Shown here piece after piece: positions 13,141-27,986 of a stretch of DNA of 64,000 nt. The DNA comes from the human T2T-CHM13v2.0 reference genome, Homo sapiens. The notes beneath the pieces are model-generated. The model saw only the letters and a program-made list of their open reading frames with translations, had not been told where the DNA came from and made no database searches. The position numbers were made by a program, and so were the translations under genes. Position 1 is the first letter of the stretch; every line of letters begins with the position of its first letter. The stretch lies in the NCBI RefSeq assembly GCF_009914755.1, contig NC_060925.1. One strand, 5' to 3'.

Positions 13141-14104
13141 ATGATGATGATGATGATGATTGGATCTCTTTTTTATCTCTTTTCTGAGGGTCATATCCCA
13201 GTCTCCAGCCAGCCCAGCCAATGATGACATTTACTTTTCTCCAAACTGTCCCTCCTCCTTTGTTCCCCATCTTGGTGAATGAAATCATCATCCACTCAAT
13301 CACTCAAACTAGAAATAAAGTTATCTCTTATTCCTCCCTCTTTCCTCTCTCATATCCATTTGGTCTCTAAGCCTCCTCCCTTCTGCCTTTTTAATCGCTC
13401 TTAAACACATTCCCTTCCTCTGTGTTTCCTCTACCAGCACCCTTCATTCCTTGACTCAATTATTGCCTTAATTCTTAACCAGACTCTGCCTCTAGAATTG
13501 TCCTCCCAGCCTATTCCACACACTGTAGTCAGGGTTGTTTTCTAAAATACAAATCAAGTGGCATTATTCTGCTGCTTAAACTTCTTTAGCATTCTGCACG
13601 ATCTTTAGGAAAAATTTAAAACTTCTTAGCAAGGCATACGTTGCCCTTATGATCTGGTCATGCCTATCTTTCCAGTGTCCTGAAAGCAACTGTGAACACC
13701 ATCTGCATCATCCTTCTTTCTCCCTTTTCCAACAACACATTTACACTTCGATGGGGCTTTCTGGCCTTTGTGCCTTTGAAGATGTTGGTCCTTCCGGTTA
13801 GAACTTCTTTCCTCATCTCCCTCCTTTTTCCCTGACAAATTCCCACTCATCCTTCAAGATGCAGATCAAGCATCACCTCCTCTGGGAGGCCATCCCTAAT
13901 TACCCTCCTTCCATTAGGATTGGATGCCTCCATGTGCTCCCTTAGTACACGGCCCTTGCCTCTACTATAACACTAATTAGCTATTTACTTACTTTCACTC
14001 CAGCATTTCACCAAGTTCCTTGAGGGCAAAGACTGTCATACATCTTTATATCCTCAGCATCTACAGTCGTGCCTTATTTTACTTAGCATAATGTCCTCAA
14101 AGTT

Positions 14105-14697
14105 TTTATTGTTGTTGAGATGGAGTCTTGCTCTGTCACCCAGGCTGGAGTGCAGTGATGCGATCTCGGCACGCTGCAACCTCCACCTCCGGGGTTCAAG
14201 GGATTCTCCTACCTCAGCCTCCTGAGTAGCTGGATTACAGGCATGCACCACCATGCCCAGCTAAGGTTTTGTTTTCATTTTTGTTTTTTAGGATGGAGTC
14301 TCGCTCTGTTGCCCACGCTGGAGTGCGGTGGCATGAGTTCAAGGGGGTTCAAGTGATTCTCCCGCCTCACCCTCCCAAGTAGCTGGGATTACAGGCGCCT
14401 GCCACCATGCCTGGCTAATTTTTGTATTTTTAGTAGAGATGGGGTTTCACCATGTTGGCCAGGCTGGTCTTGAACTCCGGACCTCAGGTAATCTGCCTGC
14501 CTTGGCCTCCCAAAGTGCTGGGATTACAGGTGTGAGCCACTGGGCCCCGCCTTTTTTTTTTTTTTTTTTGTATTTTTAGTAGAGACAGGTTTTCGCCATG
14601 TTGGCACGGCTGGTCTCAAACTCCTGACCTCAGGTCATCTGCCAGCCTCAGCCCCACAAAGTGCTGGGATTACAGGCATGAGCCACCGTGCCCGACC
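14105..14697 (-). mobile_element. Nested Alus (Alu inserted into the A-rich linker of another Alu)
   Basis: Right arm 14105-14262, near-complete Alu ~14270-14551, then remaining left arm 14552-14697. Confidence 0.85.
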
Positions 14698-14781
14698 TCA
14701 AAGATAATCTATGTTGTAGCATGTGACAGAATTTCCCTCTTTTTATATGGCTGAATAATAGTTCATCATATGCATATACCA

Positions 14782-14905
14782 TCTTTCTTTCTTTCTTTCT
14801 CTTTTTCTTTCTTTCTTTCTTTTCTTTTTCTCTTTCTTTCTCTCTCTCTTTCCTTCCTTCCTTCCTTCCGTCTTCCTTCCATCCTTCCTTCCTTCCTTCC
14901 TTCCT

Positions 14906-14937
<32 letters not shown>

Positions 14938-14943
14938 CTTTTT
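14782..14943. repeat. Polypyrimidine (TTTC)n/(TTCC)n/(TC)n tract, expanded Alu tail
   Basis: About 160 nt of almost pure pyrimidine abutting the Alu 3' end. Confidence 0.95.
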
Positions 14944-15226
14944 GGAGACAGAGTCTCGCTCCATCCCTTAGGCTGGAGTGCAGTGGCATGATCTTGGCTC
15001 ACTGCAACCTCCGTCTCCTGGGTTCAAGCGAGTCTCCTGCCTCAGCCTCCCGAGTACCTAGGATTACAGGCACCCACCACCATGCCCAGCTGATTTTTGT
15101 ATTTTTAGTAGAGATAGGGTTTTGCCATGTTGGCCAAGCTGGTCTTGAATTCCTGGCCTCAGGTGATCCACCTGCCTCGGCCTCCCAAAGTGCTAGGATT
15201 ACAGACGTGAGCCACCGCGCCCGGCC
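14944..15226 (-). mobile_element. AluS
   Basis: Full dimer, antisense. Confidence 0.93.
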
Positions 15227-15926
15227 CATACCACATTTTCTTTATCCATTAATCCATGATGGACATTTGGGTTACTTCTACCTTTTTGCTATTGTGAATA
15301 ATGTTGCCATAAATATGGGTGTGCAAATATCTTTGAGATCCCACTTTCAATTCTTTTGGCTATATAACCTAGAAGTGAGATTGCTGGATCATGTGGTAAT
15401 TCTATTTTTAATCGTTTGAGGAAACTCCGTACTGTTTTCCCTGGTGGGTGCACCATTTTACATTCCCTTCAGCAATGCATAAGCGTTCCAATTTTTCCAC
15501 ATCCTTGCTAACACTTATTTTCTGTGCTTGAAAAAAATACTAGCCATCCTAATGGGTGTAAGATGATATTATTATTGTAGTTTTGATTTGCATTTCTCTA
15601 ATGATTAGCAATTTGAGCATCTTTTCCTATGCTTTTTGGCCTCTTGTATATCTTCTTTGGAGGAATGTCTATTCAGGTCGTTTGCCCAGTTTTTTGAAAA
15701 TTGGGTTACTTGTTTTTCTGTTGTCGAGTTGTAGGAGTTTTTTATATGTTCTGCATATTAACGTATCAGATATATGCTTTGCAATTATTTTTTCCCATTC
15801 CATACAAATTCCTTTTCTCTCTATTGACTGTTTTGCTTGATATGCAGACACTTTAAAATTTGATATAGTCCCATTTGTCTATTTTCGCTTTTGTTGCCTG
15901 TGCTTTTGGTATTTTATCCAAAAAAT

Positions 15927-16553
15927 TGAGGGAGAAGAAAAGGAAAAATCAGTTAGGTAGACAGCTAAGGCTAGCCCTTGGAGAAGCAGTCTGCCTGAAA
16001 AATCACAGCTACAAACAAAATAGAGCAGCTTAGGCAAAACTCAGGCTGCACCTGCACAGATAAGCAGGTAGGGTCCAGCACAGACGCTTTTCATTCTTCG
16101 TGTAATTGGCGAGCTCCCAGGAAAAACTTTCCTCCCCTTTTCAGGTATATACACAGTGGACTCCGTGGGAACTTGCACAGGAAGGAGGGGGGCTTACCTA
16201 AAACAAACCTACAGTGATACAAACAAGAGAACCCACGCTTTGTGCTTGCCTAGAGACATACCCACATCGGCAGAAGATAAGGGAAGTTGCACAGACAGAT
16301 TTATTCATAAGAGAAGTTACTCAAACAACTATAGAGATGAGAGGAGTTTCTTATAATAGGTTTTGAATTCAGCTGTAAAAATGGCACCCCACTTGGGCTC
16401 CCCTCTCTGCTGTGGAGAGCTTTCTTCTTTTGCTTATTAAACTTTTGCTTCAACCTCACTCTTTGTGCCCATGCTCCTTAGTTTTCTCGGTCGTTAGACA
16501 AGTTCGGATAACACCTTAGACAATGAGACCATTAACCCTTACCTGTTTCAACA
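15927..16553 (+). mobile_element. Solo ERV1-class LTR
   Basis: TG...CA ends; ATTAAA poly-A-like signal (~16436); inserted in L1. Confidence 0.65.
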
Positions 16554-16789
16554 TTTTTATCAAATCCAAGGCCATGAAGCTTTCCCCCTATGTTTTCTAC
16601 TAAGAATGTTATATTTTTAGGTCTTTAATCTATTTGGAGTTATTTTTTGTGTATGGTCCAAGGTAAAGGTCCATCTTCATTCTTTTGCATGTGGATATCT
16701 AGTTTTTCCCAACACTGTTGAGGAGATTGTCCTTTTTCCATTGTGTGGTCTTGGCACTCTTTTTGAAGATTATTCTAACATATATGCAG

Positions 16790-17235
16790 TGTTGCAGGTG
16801 ATTAGCAGCTTTCTGGGCTGGTGACATGGGTGGTAGGAAGAATTTACCAACACAGTTGTAGGTAAAGAAAGGCAGGTTTATTAGATAAAGTATGAAAATA
16901 CATTGCAAGGGTGCAACAGGCAGGTCAGCAAGAGAGAAGCTGACTGCTAGGAAACAAAGGCTTGCTGGGGATTTTGTAGAATGGTGCTTATGTTGTGGGT
17001 GGAAGAGGGCTTTGTGCAGTACTAATAATGCCAGGGTTGCAGTGAACTAACTTCCATTTTTCTATCAGCTGAGGGTCTGGTGATGGCTGGGCACAGGCAG
17101 ATTGTGAGTTATTTGCACAGCAGGGCTATGTGTCCTGGACCACGAAGAAAGGCAGACTTATGGCTTGTCTGCTTTCTCCTTTTGCTTCCCTTCGTCCAGC
17201 CAGCCTGACTCCTTTTCCCTAATTAGGACTCCACA
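16790..17235 (-). mobile_element. Solo ERV1-class LTR
   Basis: TG...CA ends (minus strand begins tgtggagtcctaattaggg); TTTATT = AATAAA on minus strand at ~16877. Confidence 0.65.
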
Positions 17236-17899
17236 CGCAAGGGTTTGTTCTGTTCCAGAATAGAGACACGTCGATGTATCTATCTTTATACCAGTACTAT
17301 AGCTGCTACTTCTTGACCAATTACAGCTTTAGTATCTCTCTCACCTGTCCTCCCTATACAAAAGATATATAAAATATACTCACTGTACTGAGTATCTTCC
17401 TGCAGCATTCAGTCTGGAGCAAAGCCTGCTTCCTTCAACCCTTTCCAAAATCCCCAAATAAAAGCCCAAAATCTGTAGAGGATCTTCCTAACATCCTCGT
17501 GCTGAGATGCCCTGAAATTCTCCATAACTCATGACTGAGTAATAAAACCAACTTGCTTAATTAAAGTTGGTTTCTTGTAGTCCTGGCCGGAGGACATTGA
17601 CTTACAAAAATATAGGATTAGTATCTTCAAAATAAATAGACAGTAAACATCAACAAGGATTCACACCCCAATAATGAAATTGGGCAGAAAAAGGAAAAAT
17701 AATCATGAAATGCACAGTAAAGATGGCTCCATAATATTGAAAAAAATTTTACTTCAAATGCATAAAATGATGCTTCTGATTCAGCTGGTGCGACATTTAT
17801 TTCACATTTGAGTTCAGCTGCTCCTGATGTCTCTTTCCTGAAAATTTCAATACTAAGAGCTCGAGAAACCCTGTATTTGGGGAAGCTTATCCTTCACCA

Positions 17900-18720
17900 T
17901 CAACTTTGGGGGTAGGGGTCAGAGGGAACAAGGGTGGAAAGGCCGCGCTGAATGGGGCCGAAGCTCCGCCCCTCAGCGATAAGTCCAGATTCCTGCGGCC
18001 GACGTGGTCCTCCGAGGGAGCAGCAGAGCCGCCGAGGCTGGCGAGTCCCAGGGGAAGGATGTTCTAGCCGGAGTCTACTCGATGGTAGGGCAGGAAGCCG
18101 CCTTGTCTCTGGGCGCGGCCATGTTGGAGGCTCCGGGCCCGAGTGATGGCTGCGAGCTCAGCAACCCCAGCGCCAGCAGAGTCAGCTGTGCCGGGCAGAT
18201 GCTGGAAGTGCAGCCAGGATTGTATTTCGGTGGGGCCGCGGCCGTCGCGGAGCCAGATCACCTGAGGGAAGCGGGCATCACGGCCGTGCTAACAGTGGAC
18301 TCGGAGGAGCCCAGCTTCAAGGCGGGGCCTGGGGTCGAGGATCTATGGCGCCTCTTCGTGCCAGCGCTGGACAAACCCGAGACGGACCTACTCAGCCATC
18401 TGGACCGGTGCGTGGCCTTCATCGGTCAGGCCCGCGCTGAGGGCCGTGCGGTGTTGGTGCACTGGTGAGTGGCCGGGTCAGTGGGTGACGTGCCCCGCCA
18501 AGCTTCCAGCCGGCCCCCGTCGCCCCTTACCTTCCGAGGCCGTCGGGAGGACAAGAGCGCGGTCATGCCGCGTGAACCTCCTCCCGCTGCCTCCCGCAGG
18601 AGGCGTGTTTCCAAGAGAGGAGGAGGGTTGAGGCGGGCCCCTGGTGTGTGCAGGCTTTCATTCATTCATGCTTTAGTTGGTTCTTCCTGCAGCAGCAGAG
18701 GGCGGGGGAGGTGTCATCTG
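17900..18720 (+). promoter_or_regulatory. DUSP12: DUSP12 CpG-island promoter / exon 1
   Basis: Abrupt rise in GC and CpG content; GC box CTCCGCCCC at ~17964-17972; no obvious TATA. Confidence 0.85.
18121..18464 (+). CDS. DUSP12: DUSP12 (hYVH1) dual-specificity phosphatase 12, coding exon 1
   Basis: gccATG at 18121 reads MLEAPGPSDGCELSNPSASRVSCAGQMLEVQPGLYFGG...VLVH. Donor TG|gtgagt at 18464/5. 344 nt, phase 2; the catalytic Cys115 codon is split TG|T. Confidence 0.97.
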
Positions 18721-18981
18721 ATAAATGACAAATTACCTACACCCTAAGGAGTTTACAGCTCTGTTGGAGAAGCTAGACACCCACCCCGATTATTGTAATG
18801 CAGATTAGGTTGCTTGGTGTCTTGTAAACGGGATTTACAAAGATTTAGGGTTAAATGTTTTTGTTTGGGATGGGTGGCGGGTGGTTGATGAAGAGATGAA
18901 TTGGTTTGGATCTAAAGGATCCCTGGGCTTTGCCTAGGGAGGAGATGGTTGCAGCAAACACAAAAAGAAAATGGGAATCCC

Positions 18982-19716
<735 letters not shown>

Positions 19717-19986
19717 AGGAGTTTGGATTTGTTCTGAGCCATTATAAAAATTTTAAAAATTACTGTTATTATTTTTGAATAGGTAATAGATTCACGTGGT
19801 TCAGAATTCAAAAGGAAAAAGGAATAATTATTTTGTACCTTGATAATATTTCAGAGGCAATGGGCTTATTTGAGAAGCAAAAATGAAGTGGGCCTAAACT
19901 TTACTATTAATAGGGGGCTGGGCTTTGTGTGTTTTTTTTTTTAATTGTTGCTATTTGCTGTTTTATTTTAAAGGTCTCTTTTTCAG

Positions 19987-20100
19987 TCATGCAGGAGTCA
20001 GTCGAAGTGTGGCCATAATAACTGCTTTTCTCATGAAGACTGACCAACTTCCCTTTGAAAAAGCCTATGAAAAGCTCCAGATTCTCAAACCAGAGGCTAA
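19987..20100 (+). CDS. DUSP12: DUSP12 coding exon 2 (HAGVSRS P-loop)
   Basis: Acceptor tttttcag|T. Reads HAGVSRSVAIITAFLMKTDQLPFEKAYEKLQILKPEAK, completing the HCxxGxSR phosphatase motif. Donor AA|gtgggt. 114 nt. Confidence 0.96.
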
Positions 20101-20184
20101 GTGGGTTCTTTTTTTATAGTAATAATTATGCTTTTGTGATATAATTTTAAGAAAATGAAACTTTATATTTCTTTATCATTACAG

Positions 20185-20303
20185 GATGAATGAGGGGTTT
20201 GAGTGGCAACTGAAATTATACCAGGCAATGGGATACGAAGTGGATACCTCTAGTGCAATTTATAAGCAATATCGTTTACAAAAGGTTACAGAGAAGTATC
20301 CAG
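20185..20303 (+). CDS. DUSP12: DUSP12 coding exon 3
   Basis: ttacag|G; reads MNEGFEWQLKLYQAMGYEVDTSSAIYKQYRLQKVTEKYP; CAG|gtaagt. 119 nt, frame consistent. Confidence 0.96.
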
Positions 20304-20686
20304 GTAAGTAATAATTGCTAGTGTGTAATGGGCTTTCTAGATGACATTTACTTTAGCATTGTATGCTTTACCTTACTTCCAGCAATCCCTGAGAAACTAT
20401 TGTTTCTTTTTGAAACTGATTTAGCCAGAAATAACCTATTCAAAATCACATGGTTTATAAATGGCAGGGTCAGGATTTGAATTCAGGCAGCCCGTGCCCA
20501 GAACCTAAGCACTTAAATCACTGTCCTCTCCTACCTTAGCCTGATTTCTCAACACTGGAATTTGATTTTTTTTTTTTTTTAATTTTTGAGGTTAGCACTT
20601 GTTGCCTCAATTTGACATTAACTGAATTTATCTGAAAATGCAGAGTTGATTTTGACAAATAAATACATTTTAATTATGTCATATAG

Positions 20687-20783
20687 AATTGCAGAATTTA
20701 CCTCAAGAACTCTTTGCTGTTGACCCAACTACCGTTTCACAAGGATTGAAAGATGAGGTTCTCTACAAGTGTAGAAAGTGCAG
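20687..20783 (+). CDS. DUSP12: DUSP12 coding exon 4
   Basis: atatag|AA; reads (E)LQNLPQELFAVDPTTVSQGLKDEVLYKCRKCR, containing the first CxxC of the zinc-binding domain; CAG|gtaaac. 97 nt. Confidence 0.95.
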
Positions 20784-21027
20784 GTAAACTATTTTATATC
20801 ATTTGGATATTTTATCTTGTCTCAGTAGCTGAAAAGTACTTAATGTTTTATTTTCTTAAATTTCTGTAGGAAGATTTTGTTTAATTGAAATTTTTAGTTC
20901 AGATCTGTTTTCAGAAAGAATATAAATTCTTAAAAAGAGAAATAATCAGATTGTAAGGGTTATTGAAAATTTAAGTAGTGTAATCAATGTTACATTATTT
21001 TGTTCTCTAAGCAATATTGCACATTTT

Positions 21028-21583
<556 letters not shown>

Positions 21584-21890
21584 GTGAGAACACATTTTAT
21601 TTTCTACAATTTTATTTTATGATCTATATTTTATTCCTTCTTGCATTTTAAGCTCTATTTTAACTAGTGTTTTGCTCCATTTCTTAATTTCTTTATTTCT
21701 GAAGATTATATCTTTCTAGTGTAGATAAGACTATCAAAAATAAAATATTTTTCAAAAACCAGCTGATCCAACATAGTGAACTACTTCTGGTTGAGAGCCC
21801 TGGTCTAAGTTAATAAATTTCCTTTAAGGCTATTTATATTTTTTTCAAATATAAGACTAACATTTATTTTTAAACTAATTAGAATATATT

Positions 21891-22063
21891 GGCTGGGCAC
21901 TCTTGCCTCATTAGCTCATGCCTGTAATCTGAGCACTTTGGGAGGCTGAGGCGGGAGGATCACTTGAGCCCAGGGTTTCGAGACCAGCTTGGGCAATATA
22001 GTGAGACCTCATCTCTATAAAAGAAAGTAAAAAATTTTTAATAAGAAAAAAAGAAAAGAAAAA
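21891..22063 (+). mobile_element. FLAM/AluJ monomer
   Basis: Left-monomer sequence with A-rich tail. Confidence 0.8.
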
Positions 22064-22770
22064 ATGTATTAAACAAAATTTGAACTTTGTAACAAGATAG
22101 GGTAAATCAGGGATTTTAAAATTAGGTTAAAAATTCTGTCTTTCTTTTTCTCTGTTGGCTTCCTGTATGTGTCTTTCTCTTTTTTCTTATCTTTTAGGAG
22201 AGTGAAATTTAGTTTGTTTTGCTATGAGATTCTTTTTCATTTCCAGTTAAATAATGCAGCTCATCCTATTGCTCCTGTAACCAGTGGGTAGGGAAATAAA
22301 AAAAGAATGCAGTTCATGTGACATTTTACATAAAAAAGTGTTTAACTTGGTTGGAGTGTGCCATGACAGCCACATTTCTCCTTTAGGTTTACTTGATATT
22401 AATGTGAAGGTATTCTATAATAATCATCTTAATAATGATTTTGAAAGTTTGTATGGTTTGTATAAAAGTTTGTATAGTGGCTAGTTTATGAAACCCTTTC
22501 ACTGTATTATACCATTTGAAGAATGCCATAGCTTTATAAAATAGGTAGAGCAGTTATATTCACGTGTTGTGCATGAGGAAACTGTTTATGAGTAGTGTCT
22601 TGCCTAGAAAGTGGTACCATATAATCAAACTCACATTTTCGGATAATGCTGCTTTTTTTAAAAAAAACAGCCTTATTATAGTATAATTCACATAACATGC
22701 AATTTACCTATTTAAGGTGTATAGTTCAGTGGCTTTTAAAGTGTATTCACAGTGGTTTTTGCAACCATCG

Positions 22771-23512
<742 letters not shown>

Positions 23513-24184
23513 TAATTTATCAGTTTTTCTTTTTTGTGGCTTGTGATTCTGGCTTTCTAATTTTACTTAACCTGGGAAACACACACACACACTCCAGCCA
23601 AGTTAAATACATTTTTATGTAAGATTCTAAATCCTGTGCATACTTATTTGTATACATATTTGATTTTTTTCTGTAGAATATGTACCTAGAAGTGGAATTC
23701 CTGGCTCGAAGAATGTATTTTAAATATTAGTGATATTCCAGGCTGATATTCAAAATGCCCATACAAATTTGGTTTTCAGTAACTGAATGCATGTACCCGT
23801 TACTCCATATCCTTGACATAATAGATACTATAAAACTGGTAACATTTTGTCAGTCTGTGGGGTAAAAAATGTTAATCCTAAAATGTTTAATTGGAATTTT
23901 ATGAAAATAGTCATCAACCACCATCTTTATATATTTACCAGCCATTTACTGTTTTCTTTTCTATAAATTGCTTTCATATTCCTAGGCCCATTTGCCTATG
24001 GGTTTTGTCTCTTTCTTACTCATTTGTAGGACCTCTATATATTCTAGATGTTAATAGTTCATCTAATATATTGCAACTATTTTCTTCAGTCTATTGCTTA
24101 TCAGATTTTTTATGTTTTGTCATATTAAAATGAAGGATATTTACATAATAAAATTTGTTAGTTTTTTTATTTATGGCTTCTGAA

Positions 24185-24479
24185 TTTCTTTTTTTTGAGA
24201 CGGAGTCTTGCTCTGTTGCCCAGGCTGGAGTGCAGTGGTGTGATCTTGGCTCACTGCAACCTCCGCCTTCTGGGTTCAAATATTCTCCTGCTTCAGCCTC
24301 CCAGGTAGCTGTGATTACAGGCATCCGCCACCATGCCCAACTAATTTTTGTGTTTTTAGTAGAGACGGGGTTTCACCATGTTGACCAGGCTGGTCTCAAA
24401 CTCCTGACCTCAGGTGATCTGCCCGCCTTGGCCTCCCAAAGTGCTGGGAATTACAGGTATGAGCCACCACACTCAGCCT
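24185..24479 (-). mobile_element. AluS (DUSP12 intron 5)
   Basis: Full dimer, antisense; TSD-like gcttctga. Confidence 0.93.
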
Positions 24480-24804
24480 GCTTCTGAGTTTTATGTCTAG
24501 TTTTCTATAGCTCAAGATTAAAAATAAAAACTCTTACCTTATACCATGCATAAATCAAAGAGCTAAACATAAAAATTAATGCTATAACTAACTACATTAG
24601 AAGAAAATGCAGTTGCCTTATTAGGCTTTTTTGATTTACCTATTTTCCTGGAATATCAGTTTGTCTTTAAATAGCTAAGAATCTGACTTATATGCTGTCA
24701 ATACACACAGTTAGTAATACAGCATGAAAATCCTAACATGCTTTTCTATACTTTAGCCGTGATCATTTTCATTTGAAGTCCTAAATTACAAACTGATTTA
24801 AAAG

Positions 24805-24805
<1 letters not shown>

Positions 24806-24848
<43 letters not shown>
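24806..24848. repeat. (TA)n microsatellite
   Basis: About 21 TA units. Confidence 0.95.
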
Positions 24849-24851
<3 letters not shown>

Positions 24852-25113
24852 ACATCCATGAAACCTTCCTTAATCAAATCTCAAGCTTCACTTTTCTCCC
24901 TTCAAGCTCCCTGAATACAACATTCTTCCTATGAGATAATTGTAGTCTACTATCTATTACAGTAAATTTCCAATGCATTTTATCTCACTGATTAGATTAT
25001 AAACTCAACGTGGGGATCGTGTCTTGTTTTTATATCCTATATTGATTGCCAAAGATAATGATTTGTTTTGTATAAAAGTGAATGAATAAAGTAACACATT
25101 TGCTTTATTTCAG

Positions 25114-25275
25114 CTTCTTTGCCCAAAATGCAGTGCCAAGTTGGGTTCCTTCAACTGGTATGGTGAACAGTGCTCTTGTGGTAGGTGGATAACACCTGCT
25201 TTTCAAATACATAAGAATAGAGTGGATGAAATGAAAATATTGCCTGTTTTGGGATCACAAACAGGAAAAATATGA
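25114..25275 (+). CDS. DUSP12: DUSP12 coding exon 6 (terminal)
   Basis: tttcag|CTT; reads LLCPKCSAKLGSFNWYGEQCSCGRWITPAFQIHKNRVDEMKILPVLGSQTGKI, then TGA. Total CDS is 1023 nt = 340 aa. Confidence 0.96.
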   Translation, partial: LLCPKCSAKLGSFNWYGEQCSCGRWITPAFQIHKNRVDEMKILPVLGSQTGKI

Positions 25276-25451
25276 ACATGATATTTTATAGCTTGGGAAG
25301 AAACTTGCAGATGATATGTGCTGCCTTTGCTTCTTATCATTCATGGCAGATTGTTTGTGCTTTCAACATTTCATTTGAAATGGGAGAAGATAAAATCACT
25401 TGATGTAACCTGGAAACTATGCTTTACATGGCAATCAAAGCCTTTTGATCA

Positions 25452-25515
25452 TGTACATTTTATTTGATATTAAAATCTTTTATAACCAGATACTGTCTGT
25501 GTTTCATATATTTTT
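25452..25515 (+). terminator. DUSP12: DUSP12 proximal polyadenylation signal
   Basis: ATTAAA at 25469-25474, upstream TGTA (25452), downstream GT/T-rich element (tgtctgtgtttcatatatttt). Confidence 0.7.
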
Positions 25516-26038
25516 AAAAGTTTTGATTGTTGGAATGTTATATGATCTTAAGGTCTGTATAGACAAAATTATGTACAAAAATTTGAAACTATTATATTTA
25601 AATGGGTATTCTTTTATTTCCAGACACATAAAGCAGATTTGTTTGGACATATTTTGGAATTATTTCACTTTCTTTCTTTTAAGGGACATTAGTAAACCCA
25701 TACATGTCTGGATTTTTTTCTTGGAAATGGAAAGGCCATTAGTAAAACGCTGATTAAAAGGCAATTTTCCTATTACTGTTCAGTAATCCCAATTATCTAT
25801 ATTTTTAGAAAAGTGTTTGAGATCCCTTTTGAAGTGATCTACATAAAGAAATACATAAATGTTAGATGTGTTTCTAATGATGAAGAAAACAAATGTAGAG
25901 TTACTATATATCAAGTCATTTTGTAGCCCAATATGTGAGTATTGGAAAAGGTAATACGTCCAGATTAGTTTTTTAACCTGATGTATAGAAACTAGAATTA
26001 TTTTACTCATTATTAATAATTACAATTGGACCTAATTA

Positions 26039-27986
<1,948 letters not shown>

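Larger units (their letters stand above)
15227..17300 (-). mobile_element. Old L1M (L1MA/MB-like) interrupted by two LTRs
   Basis: L1 ORF2/3' signatures (gatggacatttgggtt, ccattttacattccc, ttgcatttctctaatgattag). L1 sequence resumes in register after each LTR. Confidence 0.8.

Noticed and set aside
14648-15002. Lys/Glu/Arg-rich ORFs
   Set aside because: Translations of the (TTTC/TTCC)n microsatellite.
18004-18468. 154-aa ORF ending VLVHW, apparently lacking the catalytic Cys
   Set aside because: Read-through artefact. Splicing joins TG|T to give Cys115, so the enzyme motif is intact.
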